NCBI GenBank assembly: GCA_965202985.1
Contig: CBDBCF010000001.1
Coordinates: 320,001 to 384,000, forward strand
DNA length: 64,000 bases
Direction of reading: 5' to 3'
Source of the DNA: Longimicrobiales bacterium
GTDB lineage: Bacteria > Gemmatimonadota > Gemmatimonadetes > Longimicrobiales > Gaopeijiaceae
A model generated the notes under the pieces. That model made no database searches. It was given only the letters and a program-made list of their open reading frames with translations, and was not told the origin of the DNA. Within the stretch, counting starts at the first letter, position 1, and each line of letters starts with the position of its first letter. This document shows, piece after piece, positions 1-8,550 of this stretch. Made by a program: the position numbers and the translations under genes.

Positions 1-936
1 GACGCCCGGAAAGTTCCAGCTGGGCAGGTTCGGGTGGCTGTAGCGGTTGTCGCCAGGCGGCGTGCGGAAGTAGGCGACGTTGCCCACCGGAATGCGCAAG
101 CGACTTCCCATGAGGGCGGGGAACGCCTTGGGGAACCACGGACCCAGCGCGAAGACGAACGTGCCCGCGAACACGGCGTCGCCGCTCGGACGGATTTCGA
201 GGGCGTTCAGCCGGCGGCCGGTGACGGACCCGGGGCCGGCCCAAGCGGTCTCGACGCGCCCGCCCGCTTGGCGGAAGACTTCGACCACCGATTCGACGGC
301 CCGCCTGGCCCGGACCACCCCGGCGTCGTGCTCGTGGAGCGCCACGGTCATGCCGGACACGTCGATCACGGGCCAGCGCCGGGCCACTTCGTCGGCGTCC
401 AGCACGTCGTAGCGGACGCCGGTCTCGTCCCAGTGCTTCCGCGTGTCCTCCATGAAGTCGGTCCACTCGTCGCGCACGATCAAGTCCGACATGGCGAAGA
501 ACACGCGCGGAAGCAGCATGTCGCGCCACTGCTCGTCCCACTCCCTCCACCTCTCGATCGCCCGCTTGGCCCAGCGCGTCCACAGCAGGCCGTGGGGGCG
601 GTCGCCGTAGCCGGTTCGGACGCCCCGCGTCTCGCCCCCGGAGGTCGCGCGCGAGTTGGCCGGCCCGTACTGGTCCAGCAGCACGACCTGGGCGCCGGAC
701 TGCTGCAGGTGAAGGGCCGTCCACGCGCCGAAGGCCCCCGCGCCCACCACCGCCACGTCGGGAGACTGGGGGCCGCGGACGGCGGAGGCTCGGCGGCCCG
801 GCTCGACGGACTTCGCATCGGCGGCGGCGGCAGCGGTGGACTCCTCGGCGGCAGCGGCCGACTCCGAGCCCGCCAGCAACGCTCCCGTGGCCGCGGTGGC
901 CGCCCGGAGGAAGCGCCTGCGGTCGAGCCGCGTCAA
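1..936 (-). CDS. TAT-exported FAD-dependent oxidoreductase (sarcosine oxidase/DAO-like), 3' end runs off the window
   Basis: Not in the ORF track; translated by hand from TTG at 936 (TTGA overlap with the upstream stop): MTRLDRRRFLRAA (twin-Arg signal)...DVAVVGAGAFGAWTALHL (GxGxxG FAD motif)...NSRATSGGETRGVR. Confidence 0.8.
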   Translation of the reverse strand, partial: MTRLDRRRFLRAATAATGALLAGSESAAAAEESTAAAAADAKSVEPGRRASAVRGPQSPDVAVVGAGAFGAWTALHLQQSGAQVVLLDQYGPANSRATSGGETRGVRTGYGDRPHGLLWTRWAKRAIERWREWDEQWRDMLLPRVFFAMSDLIVRDEWTDFMEDTRKHWDETGVRYDVLDADEVARRWPVIDVSGMTVALHEHDAGVVRARRAVESVVEVFRQAGGRVETAWAGPGSVTGRRLNALEIRPSGDAVFAGTFVFALGPWFPKAFPALMGSRLRIPVGNVAYFRTPPGDNRYSHPNLPSWNFPGV

Positions 937-1643
937 GAGCCGCCTTCGGTCGGCGCCATGCGCACCTCGCGCATCGGCGAGTCCGCCGTCAGCTCGGAGG
1001 CTCCGGGAGCGTGCCCGTTCATGCGCAGGATGTACGACACCACGTCCAGATAGACCTCTTCGTCCAGCCCTCCGGGGTTGTCGTCGGGCATCGTGGAGCG
1101 CACCGTGCGGTAGAACGAGTACACGGTCCGGCGCCCCCAGTTGCGCTGGAAGGCGCCGCCGCGAAACTCGCTGTTGGTGTGGCAATCCGAACACGCTTGG
1201 TCGAAGGTGTCGCGGCCCCGGCTGGCCTGGACGTCGGTGAAGATGGCGTGGACGGCGGCGGGCGGCGCTTCGGCAGGGGGCGGCGACTCGGCGGGCGGCC
1301 CTTCATTAGGCGGCGGCGCGGGCCGAGAAGCCGTTGCCGAGCCGGGAGCCGATTCCGCGTTCGGGGCGGGTTCTGCGTTCGGGGCGGGTTCCGTGGAACC
1401 GGGCGCAGCCGTCTCTCGTGGGCTGCCCGAGGCGCAGGCGCCGAACAACCCGGCGCAAAGAAGCAGGACCAGCGTCCCCTGGGCACGTCGAACAACGCTG
1501 GCAAATCGAGCGCGCCCGGCCCGTGCGGGGAGCCGAATCCATGGCTTGCCCCTCATCTCCACGGCTTGATCTCCATCGACGGAACCTCGTGCTCCCGGTT
1601 TGGCGTATTGTTGTGGGTTGAGAGTATTTTCCGGGCACTCCAC
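933..1643 (-). CDS. Monoheme c-type cytochrome lipoprotein (true start probably downstream of 1643)
   Basis: CSDCH heme-binding motif, distal Met in TMPDDNPG, lipobox-like LFGAC, Pro/Ala linker with short tandem repeats (APNAEP/APNAES). Confidence 0.8.
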   Translation of the reverse strand: MECPENTLNPQQYAKPGARGSVDGDQAVEMRGKPWIRLPARAGRARFASVVRRAQGTLVLLLCAGLFGACASGSPRETAAPGSTEPAPNAEPAPNAESAPGSATASRPAPPPNEGPPAESPPPAEAPPAAVHAIFTDVQASRGRDTFDQACSDCHTNSEFRGGAFQRNWGRRTVYSFYRTVRSTMPDDNPGGLDEEVYLDVVSYILRMNGHAPGASELTADSPMREVRMAPTEGGS

Positions 1644-1670
1644 GCACTCAATATAAGGAAGGCTGAACGC

Positions 1671-2759
1671 ATGAACAGACGAGCCCTCGGCCCGCGACGA
1701 ATCCTTGCCGCCGGCAGATCAGACTTGGCTGTGGACGGGCGGACGATCGCCCCCTGGGCCGCGGCCGCGGCCCTTGCGGTCGCGGCGGCGGCTGCGTGCG
1801 GCGAACTGCCGCTGGCCATGGGCGACGAGAACAGCATCGTGGCGACGGTGTCGCCCGACCTGTGGACCGACATCGAACCCGTGCTGGTCCCCGCCTTGGA
1901 GCGAACCGTCTTCACCGTGCGCGACGAGAAGACCTTCACGGTCACTCACGCCGACCCGCGCGACGAGGACTGGGGCAAGCTGCGTCTCCTGCGACAGCAG
2001 TTGGTCGTCGGCACGCCGCAGGACCCGTGGGTTGCGGACGTGCTGGCGAAGGCGGACGACGACGCCTCGCTTCCGGGCGTGGTGCAAGTGCGGGACGTGT
2101 GGGCTCGCCGCCAATCGGTGACCGCGCTGGTGATCGACGGCGAAGCCGAAGCGACCTCGTTCGTAGCCTCGCACGCATTCGAGGTTTCGGGGCTTCTGGA
2201 CAGCCAGTACCGGGCCTGGGCCGTGAGCAAGATGTTCGTGACCGGCCGAAACGAGGAGCTGACGCAGGCGTTGCAGGAGCAGGCCGGGTTCGGCCTCGTG
2301 GTGCCCGCCGTCTACGAGCACGCGGTCCCGGCGGACTCGGTCCACATCTTCCGCAACGACAACCCGGACCCGTCGGAGCTGATCCGCCAGATCGCGGTGA
2401 CGTGGCGGAGTCCCATGCCGCCCCCGCCGGTGCAAGGCGAATTCCTTCTCGATTGGCGCGCCCAGCTGGTCGAGGCCCACTACGACTTCCCCCAAGAGGT
2501 GAAGCTGGACCGGGTGTCCGCCGTCCCCACCCCTCAGTTCTACACGGTGCAGGCGGTCTGGGAGAATCCGCCGGACGCCTTTCCGGCCGCCGGGCCGTTC
2601 ATCATGCGCGCCTACGTCTGCCATTCCCAGAACCGCATGTACCTGCTCGACGCGTGGTTGTACGCCCCCGGCAAGGAGAAGTACGAGTACATGATCCAGC
2701 TCGAAGAGATCCTGGACTCGTTCTCCTGCGGGGATGCGGAAGAGGGCCGATCGGCATAA
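1671..2759 (+). CDS. DUF4837-like lipoprotein
   Basis: ATG at 1671 after AAGGAAGG; AAAAC lipobox; C-terminal AGPF...YAPGKEKYEYMIQLEEILDSF resembles DUF4837. Confidence 0.65.
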   Translation: MNRRALGPRRILAAGRSDLAVDGRTIAPWAAAAALAVAAAAACGELPLAMGDENSIVATVSPDLWTDIEPVLVPALERTVFTVRDEKTFTVTHADPRDEDWGKLRLLRQQLVVGTPQDPWVADVLAKADDDASLPGVVQVRDVWARRQSVTALVIDGEAEATSFVASHAFEVSGLLDSQYRAWAVSKMFVTGRNEELTQALQEQAGFGLVVPAVYEHAVPADSVHIFRNDNPDPSELIRQIAVTWRSPMPPPPVQGEFLLDWRAQLVEAHYDFPQEVKLDRVSAVPTPQFYTVQAVWENPPDAFPAAGPFIMRAYVCHSQNRMYLLDAWLYAPGKEKYEYMIQLEEILDSFSCGDAEEGRSA

Positions 2760-2820
2760 AGTTCATGAACCACCGAAACTCTCCCGCCACCCAAGCACCG
2801 GAACTGGAACCGACCCGCAA

Positions 2821-4389
2821 ATGAGCCCAACCAGCCCCGCTGCGCCGCCTCGCTCCGCCCTCCCGCACCTGCTCGTCTATGCCCCGCTGCTCGTCGTCGT
2901 CCTCGCCTCGGCGATGACGATGTGCGGCCCGGCATCTTCCGACGGCGACCCCGCCTCGTCCGACGCCGCCCGGCCGGCGGGCGCCCTTCAAGCCGGCGAG
3001 TTCGGCGCCGAGGGCGCGGGGTACGGATCGCCCGGATACCCTCACCAGATCGCGTCGATCGACTCCGTCATGATGCTGCCGATCCGCGACGGGCGGATCG
3101 CCGGGGCGTCGGTCGGCGTCGTGCACGCGGGCCACGACGTGGCGTTCCGCGCCTACGGCTGGGCCGACCTGGAGCTGGGCGCGCCCACGCCCGTCGACGC
3201 GGTGTACGAGGTCGGCTCGATCGCGAAGCAGTTCACGGCGGCGGCGCTGTTGCAGATGCAGGAAGAGGAGCTGGTGGACCTGGACGCGGAGATGTCCCGC
3301 TGGCTGCCCGACTTCCCCACGCAGGGGAACCGGATCACGGTGCGGCGCCTGCTGAACCACACCTCGGGGATCCGCGGCTACACCGAGATGCCCGCGGCCA
3401 TCCCGTACTTCGTTCGCCGCGTGCCCCGGGACAGCTTGCTGGCGCTGGTGGCCGCCCACCCCTTCGACTTCGCCACGGGCGATCACCTCATCTACAACAA
3501 CTCGGCCTACTACTTGGCGGGCATGATCCTGGAAGAGGCGTCGGGCGTTTCCTACGAGGAGTACTTGGAGGAGCGGCTGTTGGGAGAGCTCGAAATGGAT
3601 CGCTCGCGCTATTGCAGCGAGACCGAGATCCAAGAGGGCAAGGTCGAGGGGTACGACGCGGACGAAGACGGACTGCGCCACAAAGGCTTCATCGTGCACA
3701 ACGTGCCCTACGCCGCCGGTTCCCTGTGCTCCACGGCCCGGGACCTGACGAGGTGGATTGCGGCGCTGCACGGCGGTCGCGTGCTGTCGGAGGAGTCCTA
3801 CCGCCAGATCACGGAGCCGGCCACGCTGAACGACGGCACGCGAACCCGCTACGCCCTGGGGCTGATGGTCAGCGACATCCTGGGCCACCAGGCGATTCAC
3901 CACGGCGGGGGCATCTTCGGCTTCTTGGCCGAGTCGCTCTACCTGCCGGAGGACGACCTGATCGTGGTCGTGCTGACCAACACCGCGGGGCCGCCGGGGC
4001 CAAGCGAGCTGGCCCGGGCGATCGTGAAGACCATGGTGGGCGAAGTCGTGCGCGAGCCGGAGACGTTCGAGGGCGACTTGGCCTGGTACGAAGGCACGTT
4101 CGACGGTCCCGCCCGAGGCGGACGCGCCGCCGTGCGCATTGCGGCCGACGGCGACGTGCTCACGGCGACCCTGGTGGAGACGGCAGGCGAGGCGGTCCCC
4201 GAAGCCCGCCAAGAGACCGACACCCTGATCTACCGGAGCGGCACGACCTTCGCCAACGGAGACGCCCTCCTGACCTTCGAGACAGGCCCGGACCCGGCCG
4301 GCGGAGACCCGGACGCCCCCGCTCCCGACGCAGCAACCACGCTTCGCTGGGACATGGTGGCGGGGTACACCGTCATGAGGCGGCGTTAG
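2821..4389 (+). CDS. Serine hydrolase, beta-lactamase/AmpC-like family
   Basis: GSIAKQF (SxxK), LLNHTSG, YNN and HGG motifs; N-terminal hydrophobic signal. Confidence 0.85.
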   Translation: MSPTSPAAPPRSALPHLLVYAPLLVVVLASAMTMCGPASSDGDPASSDAARPAGALQAGEFGAEGAGYGSPGYPHQIASIDSVMMLPIRDGRIAGASVGVVHAGHDVAFRAYGWADLELGAPTPVDAVYEVGSIAKQFTAAALLQMQEEELVDLDAEMSRWLPDFPTQGNRITVRRLLNHTSGIRGYTEMPAAIPYFVRRVPRDSLLALVAAHPFDFATGDHLIYNNSAYYLAGMILEEASGVSYEEYLEERLLGELEMDRSRYCSETEIQEGKVEGYDADEDGLRHKGFIVHNVPYAAGSLCSTARDLTRWIAALHGGRVLSEESYRQITEPATLNDGTRTRYALGLMVSDILGHQAIHHGGGIFGFLAESLYLPEDDLIVVVLTNTAGPPGPSELARAIVKTMVGEVVREPETFEGDLAWYEGTFDGPARGGRAAVRIAADGDVLTATLVETAGEAVPEARQETDTLIYRSGTTFANGDALLTFETGPDPAGGDPDAPAPDAATTLRWDMVAGYTVMRRR

Positions 4390-4404
4390 GCGGGGGAGGG
4401 CGGA

Positions 4405-5590
4405 TCAGCGGGTCCACTCGCCTTCCCAGAGGCCGGCCGCGAACTCGCGTGCGGGAACGATCTCGATCCCGTCTTCCGTGCGCCGGCGGCGGGGCTCCCG
4501 GCATACCACGATTCGCCGCCGGACCGTCGGGTGGTCCCGGACCAAGCTCCGCAACCCCTTGAGATGCCCCCGAACGACGTTGCGGCTGGACTTGGCCTCC
4601 AACGCCACCTCCATCTCCCCGATCACGAAGTCCACCTCCGTGCCTCCCGCCAGCCGCCAAAACGAGAGATCGGCCTCGGCCTGCCGGTAGCCCAGATAGG
4701 CGGCCAACTCGTGGAACACCCAGTTCTCGAACGCCTTGCCGTAGTCCGCGGACCCGGAGAGCACCCGTCCTCGGCGCGCCAGCCGGTTCACCACGCCCAC
4801 ATCCGAGAAGTAGAACTTGGGCGCGTGCGCGACGCGCCGCTTGGCCCGCTTGCGGTAGGCCGGCAGCCACGTTCCCAGCAGCGTGTCCGCCAGCACTTCG
4901 AAGTGGCTTCTCGCGGTGTGGCCGGAAACACCGCACTCGCGGGCAATGTTGGCGAAGTTCACGACCTCGCCGTCGCACAGCGCCGCCGCCTCCAGGAAGT
5001 TGGAGAACCGAGGAATGTTCCGCACCAGCCCTTCCGCCGCGATTTCCTCCTTCAAGTAGTCGCCCACGTACGCGTCCAGCAACCGCCCCGGCCGGCTCGC
5101 GCGGTAGACCCGAGGCAGGTAGCCGTGGTTCAGGATGCGGTCCAGGTCGAAGTCGTCGGCCAGCTCGCCCGCCGTCATCCCGCGCAGTTCGTACCGATGG
5201 GCCCGTCCCCCGAGCAGGTTCGCCCCGCCCCGCCGAACCTTCCGGGCGCTCGACCCCGCAGAGCGCGAAGCAGTGGCCGCGCGCCTCCATCAGCCAGTGC
5301 ACTTCGTCGAGCAGCGCCGGGACCTTCTGGATCTCGTCGATCACGATCTGCCTTGACGGTGCGGCGCCCCCGGCGTCGCCGGCCGACTCGGCCTCCAGCT
5401 CCTGGCGAAGCAGCTCCGGGCGAGCGGCGTACCTGCGGAAGTGGTCGGCCTTCAGCAGGTCGATCCAGCGGGCGTCGGGAAAGACCTCGCGCAGGAGCGT
5501 GCTCTTGCCGGTCTGCCGAGGTCCCCACAGGAAGAAGGTCTCGGTTCCCGCCGCCGGAAGAGAAAGCGCTCTTCGGAAGTGAGACTTCAT
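4405..5590 (-). pseudogene. AAA ATPase + DUF4143 protein, frameshifted near 5254-5257
   Basis: N-half has GPRQTGKS and IDEIQK; C-half (ORF 4405..5178) has PKFYFSDVG, GKAFEN, EVDF, EAK. One extra G in TGC GGGG TCG breaks the expected CGSSARK motif. Confidence 0.75.
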
Positions 5591-5832
5591 TTTTTCACGA
5601 ATATGTGAAGTGGTGATTCGGATCAGTCGCTTGCCGATATCTAGTGAATTCCAACTGGCGGGGCAAGGTAGAGGACTGAGCGCGTGCCGCTCGCCACCTC
5701 CTGCGCGACTGCAGTTCTTGAGCCGGGTCGACCCCGGAGGCGTGCCGACGACGCCCGCCTTGGATGCCGCCGGCCCGCCGCGGGGCTCGCTGTCGCCGGG
5801 CGCGGTTGCTGGACAGGTGCGGCGTCGGCCGG

Positions 5833-6477
5833 TCACCTGAAAACCGTGTCGGGATCGGGGTTGTGCGGCCAGGAGTACCATATGAGCCAGAGTTGTTCTC
5901 CTGGGTAGCGTGCGGCCGCCTCCTCGATTGGAATCAAGACGTGTCCACTGCACGCCTCGGGGCACAGCCCGGAGTCGGGTCCGCGAGCGAAGCGCAGGCC
6001 CCAAAGCGTCTCCGGTCTGAGCGTCCAAGACGCAAAACCGTCGGCGACGACCGAGCCATCGTGCACCAACTTGGCGAAGACAGTTACGAGTCCGGTCCTC
6101 CCCGCCTTTACACGCACCTCGTAGTCCCGCGCCACCAAGAAGTCTTCTGGACCGAACGTTCGGCCATGCACCTCGATCTGCAGGCCCGCAAGGTCAGCCG
6201 GGTCCGTAAAGCGGACGACGGGGCGCCTCACGACGACCGAGTCCGGATTGTCTATTACGTATCCGGGACGCATCACAAGCCAGCAGCAACCGTCGTCGCA
6301 TCCGTTGGCCAAGCTGGCGACCAATAGGCCGATGGCCCGCAACGCGTGGCCGGGCGCGGCGCCCCACCGTCCGATGAGGCGTCGCACACCCGCCACGTCT
6401 GCGCGAGCGGCCTCCGTGCGTTCAGTCAAGTCAAAGCAGTCCACCGTCAATGCACCTGACCCACGACCTGAGGTCAT
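5833..6477 (-). CDS. Hypothetical exported/lipoprotein (start uncertain)
   Basis: ORF with hydrophobic stretch and LANGC lipobox-like motif followed by a beta-rich region; no family recognised. Confidence 0.4.
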   Translation of the reverse strand: MTSGRGSGALTVDCFDLTERTEAARADVAGVRRLIGRWGAAPGHALRAIGLLVASLANGCDDGCCWLVMRPGYVIDNPDSVVVRRPVVRFTDPADLAGLQIEVHGRTFGPEDFLVARDYEVRVKAGRTGLVTVFAKLVHDGSVVADGFASWTLRPETLWGLRFARGPDSGLCPEACSGHVLIPIEEAAARYPGEQLWLIWYSWPHNPDPDTVFR

Positions 6478-7072
6478 ACCACTTTTTGTCTGAGTTCCAT
6501 TCGGGGGTGGTCGAGATAAAGCAGAACTGCGTGGGGTTGTTCCTGTTTGCCCCTTCGATGCTCCGAGCTAGGCCCCAGACGCAGTTGCCGTAGGCAATCC
6601 ACCGTTGGGCCTTTTCGGTATTGCGAATGAAGTCCCATGCGCCGGGACGGTCGCGGTAGTTCTCCAGGAAGCACTCGACCACATAGGCAGCCGCTCTATC
6701 GTCTGTCGTGGCCCGACTCGGCTCCCGCCAGTCCGGAGCCATCATGTTCAGCATGAGCCTGTGGGTGTCGGGAAGTCTGATGCCGATTAGGTTAAGGTCG
6801 TGGTCGCCGTCTGGATACGACGCCTGCCAGACGACATGCGAGAAGTTGTCCGCGTGCTCTCTGGTGAGTACGGCGATCTCGTCTAGGCCGCGAACGGGTC
6901 CGTTGGTCGATAGGAAGTGCGCGAACGCCGCACGCTCGGGCACCTGATCGGCTTCCTGAGGACGGATGGTGATTTCCGCCGCTTCGCAGGCCGCGAGGAC
7001 GAGGAGCGTGGCCGGAACTACTCGAGCGAAAGCGCTCGCCAAGTCCCCGAGGTGGTTGGTGAAGCTGGCCAT
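6431..7072 (-). CDS. Hypothetical lipoprotein
   Basis: GGAGG RBS before ATG; TLLVLAAC lipobox; no family recognised. Confidence 0.55.
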   Translation of the reverse strand: MASFTNHLGDLASAFARVVPATLLVLAACEAAEITIRPQEADQVPERAAFAHFLSTNGPVRGLDEIAVLTREHADNFSHVVWQASYPDGDHDLNLIGIRLPDTHRLMLNMMAPDWREPSRATTDDRAAAYVVECFLENYRDRPGAWDFIRNTEKAQRWIAYGNCVWGLARSIEGANRNNPTQFCFISTTPEWNSDKKWYDLRSWVRCIDGGLL

Positions 7073-7722
7073 CGGTTTGCCTCCGTTTGGGATGAGATTG
7101 AACTTCGAAGCCGCGTGCTGCGACTACGTGCCATAGATGCGTTCCAACCCGGCCAACGGGGTGTCGAAATCGGCAACGGCACCGCTCGCGCAGCATCGAC
7201 TGCGACGGTCGACGGAGCTGGCACGAATTTGTCGCTCAGCGGATCCACTCGTCTTCCCAGAGTCCAGCCGCGAACCGCGTCCGCGTCCGCATACTTCAGC
7301 GCGATGGCTCCAATGGTCGTGAGTTGGTCGTCAGTTCTGTAGCGCAATGTCGCAAGCGGAACCATCGGCGCTGAGAGCGTGTGGAGTTCAGCCGCCGTCG
7401 TTTTGGCGTAGGCGATCACCGGACTTTCGGGGCACACCCGGCGGAACCAACGCACGGGGTCGTGAGAAGAGTCGCTCGACGGCACGGTCGGGTCAACGAA
7501 CGCCGGCGAACCCGGGAACCTCGTGGACAGATCCCGAAGGTGGTCCCAACCGGAGGCAACACGCACCCCGCCCAGGACCCGATGTGCTCCGCCGGTCCGC
7601 AGCCCCATGTGTACGCGGGCTCGCAACCTGGAGCTGTGCGTGAGTACCAATGCAGGTGGCCTCAACGGGGCACCCTCGGTCGCTCGCAAGGCTGGGGACG
7701 GCGAAGTATGCGTACCCATCAC
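7018..7722 (-). CDS. Hypothetical protein, possibly a degraded regulator with a receiver-like N-terminus
   Basis: Start overlaps the sigma-factor stop; AFVDP...PESPVIAY is receiver-like; C-terminal part looks out of frame and overlaps the next gene. Confidence 0.3.
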   Translation of the reverse strand: MMGTHTSPSPALRATEGAPLRPPALVLTHSSRLRARVHMGLRTGGAHRVLGGVRVASGWDHLRDLSTRFPGSPAFVDPTVPSSDSSHDPVRWFRRVCPESPVIAYAKTTAAELHTLSAPMVPLATLRYRTDDQLTTIGAIALKYADADAVRGWTLGRRVDPLSDKFVPAPSTVAVDAARAVPLPISTPRWPGWNASMARSRSTRLRSSISSQTEANRWPASPTTSGTWRALSLE

Positions 7723-8378
7723 GTGGCGTCCAGCGCTGCTTCGGCGAGTTCTTCCATCCCGGCCAACCCATCGAGCCCGTGACGTGCCAGCACGGCGGCC
7801 GCGCGAACAGCGATCCCCATGGCCTGGGCAACCTCCCTTGGGCTCCGCCCCTCACCGTACCGGGCCAAGACCGCCTCGCGTTCCCGCTCGTCCAGCCGCG
7901 CCAACGCCTTGCGCACTACCGCGGCCCGCAAACGGCGCTCCATGGCTTCGTGCAGATCAGGGACCGGGTCCGCAAGGTCCTCGCAGTCTTCAAGGGCCAC
8001 CATCTGGGCATCGCCCGACTGCCGGACCTGTTCCCGGCACACGTTCGTGCAGACGCTCCAGGTCCAGGCCAGCAGCGAGCCCCTGCCGGAGAAGGCAGTC
8101 CGCTTCTCCCAGACACGGATCATCGTCAGTTGCGCCAAGTCGTCGGCGTCGTCCGCGTCCCTGGCCCAGCGCCGCGTCACGGCCTCGAGGCTGGGACGCA
8201 ACCGTCGGTCCACCTCGGCGAAGAGCGCTTTGTCCCCATCGTGAAAGAGCCGGAGGTCGAACTCAAGGCCCGGCGCGACGCACCCGAACGGGACCAGGAC
8301 CGGCGCCGGGGCGTTCGCGGAAGGGCGGGCGCTCTCGGCAGCGGGTGCGTCCATACGGGGGGAGGCGGGCGTGTTCAT
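7719..8378 (-). CDS. ECF (sigma-70 family) RNA polymerase sigma factor
   Basis: Region 2 DADDLAQLTMIRVWEK...LAWTWSVCTN; region 4 ALARLDEREREAVLARYGEGRSPREVAQAMG. Confidence 0.85.
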   Translation of the reverse strand: MNTPASPRMDAPAAESARPSANAPAPVLVPFGCVAPGLEFDLRLFHDGDKALFAEVDRRLRPSLEAVTRRWARDADDADDLAQLTMIRVWEKRTAFSGRGSLLAWTWSVCTNVCREQVRQSGDAQMVALEDCEDLADPVPDLHEAMERRLRAAVVRKALARLDEREREAVLARYGEGRSPREVAQAMGIAVRAAAVLARHGLDGLAGMEELAEAALDAT

Positions 8379-8550
8379 GCAGGTGGATACTCCAGGACGC
8401 CCGAAAAAGTTCCCACGGCCCTCGGCCGCTCCGTAGATTGGCCGGCACGGCGCCCGGGCCTTACCGTTCAGCCCACCGTCTCCGCCGGCCCCCCGCGACC
8501 CGGTCGGTCCACGCCACCCCCAGCCTCCACCAGGAAGGCGGACGCCCCTC

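Noticed and set aside
1344..1400. 18-bp tandem repeats in the cytochrome c gene
   Set aside because: In-frame Pro/Ala linker expansion, ordinary
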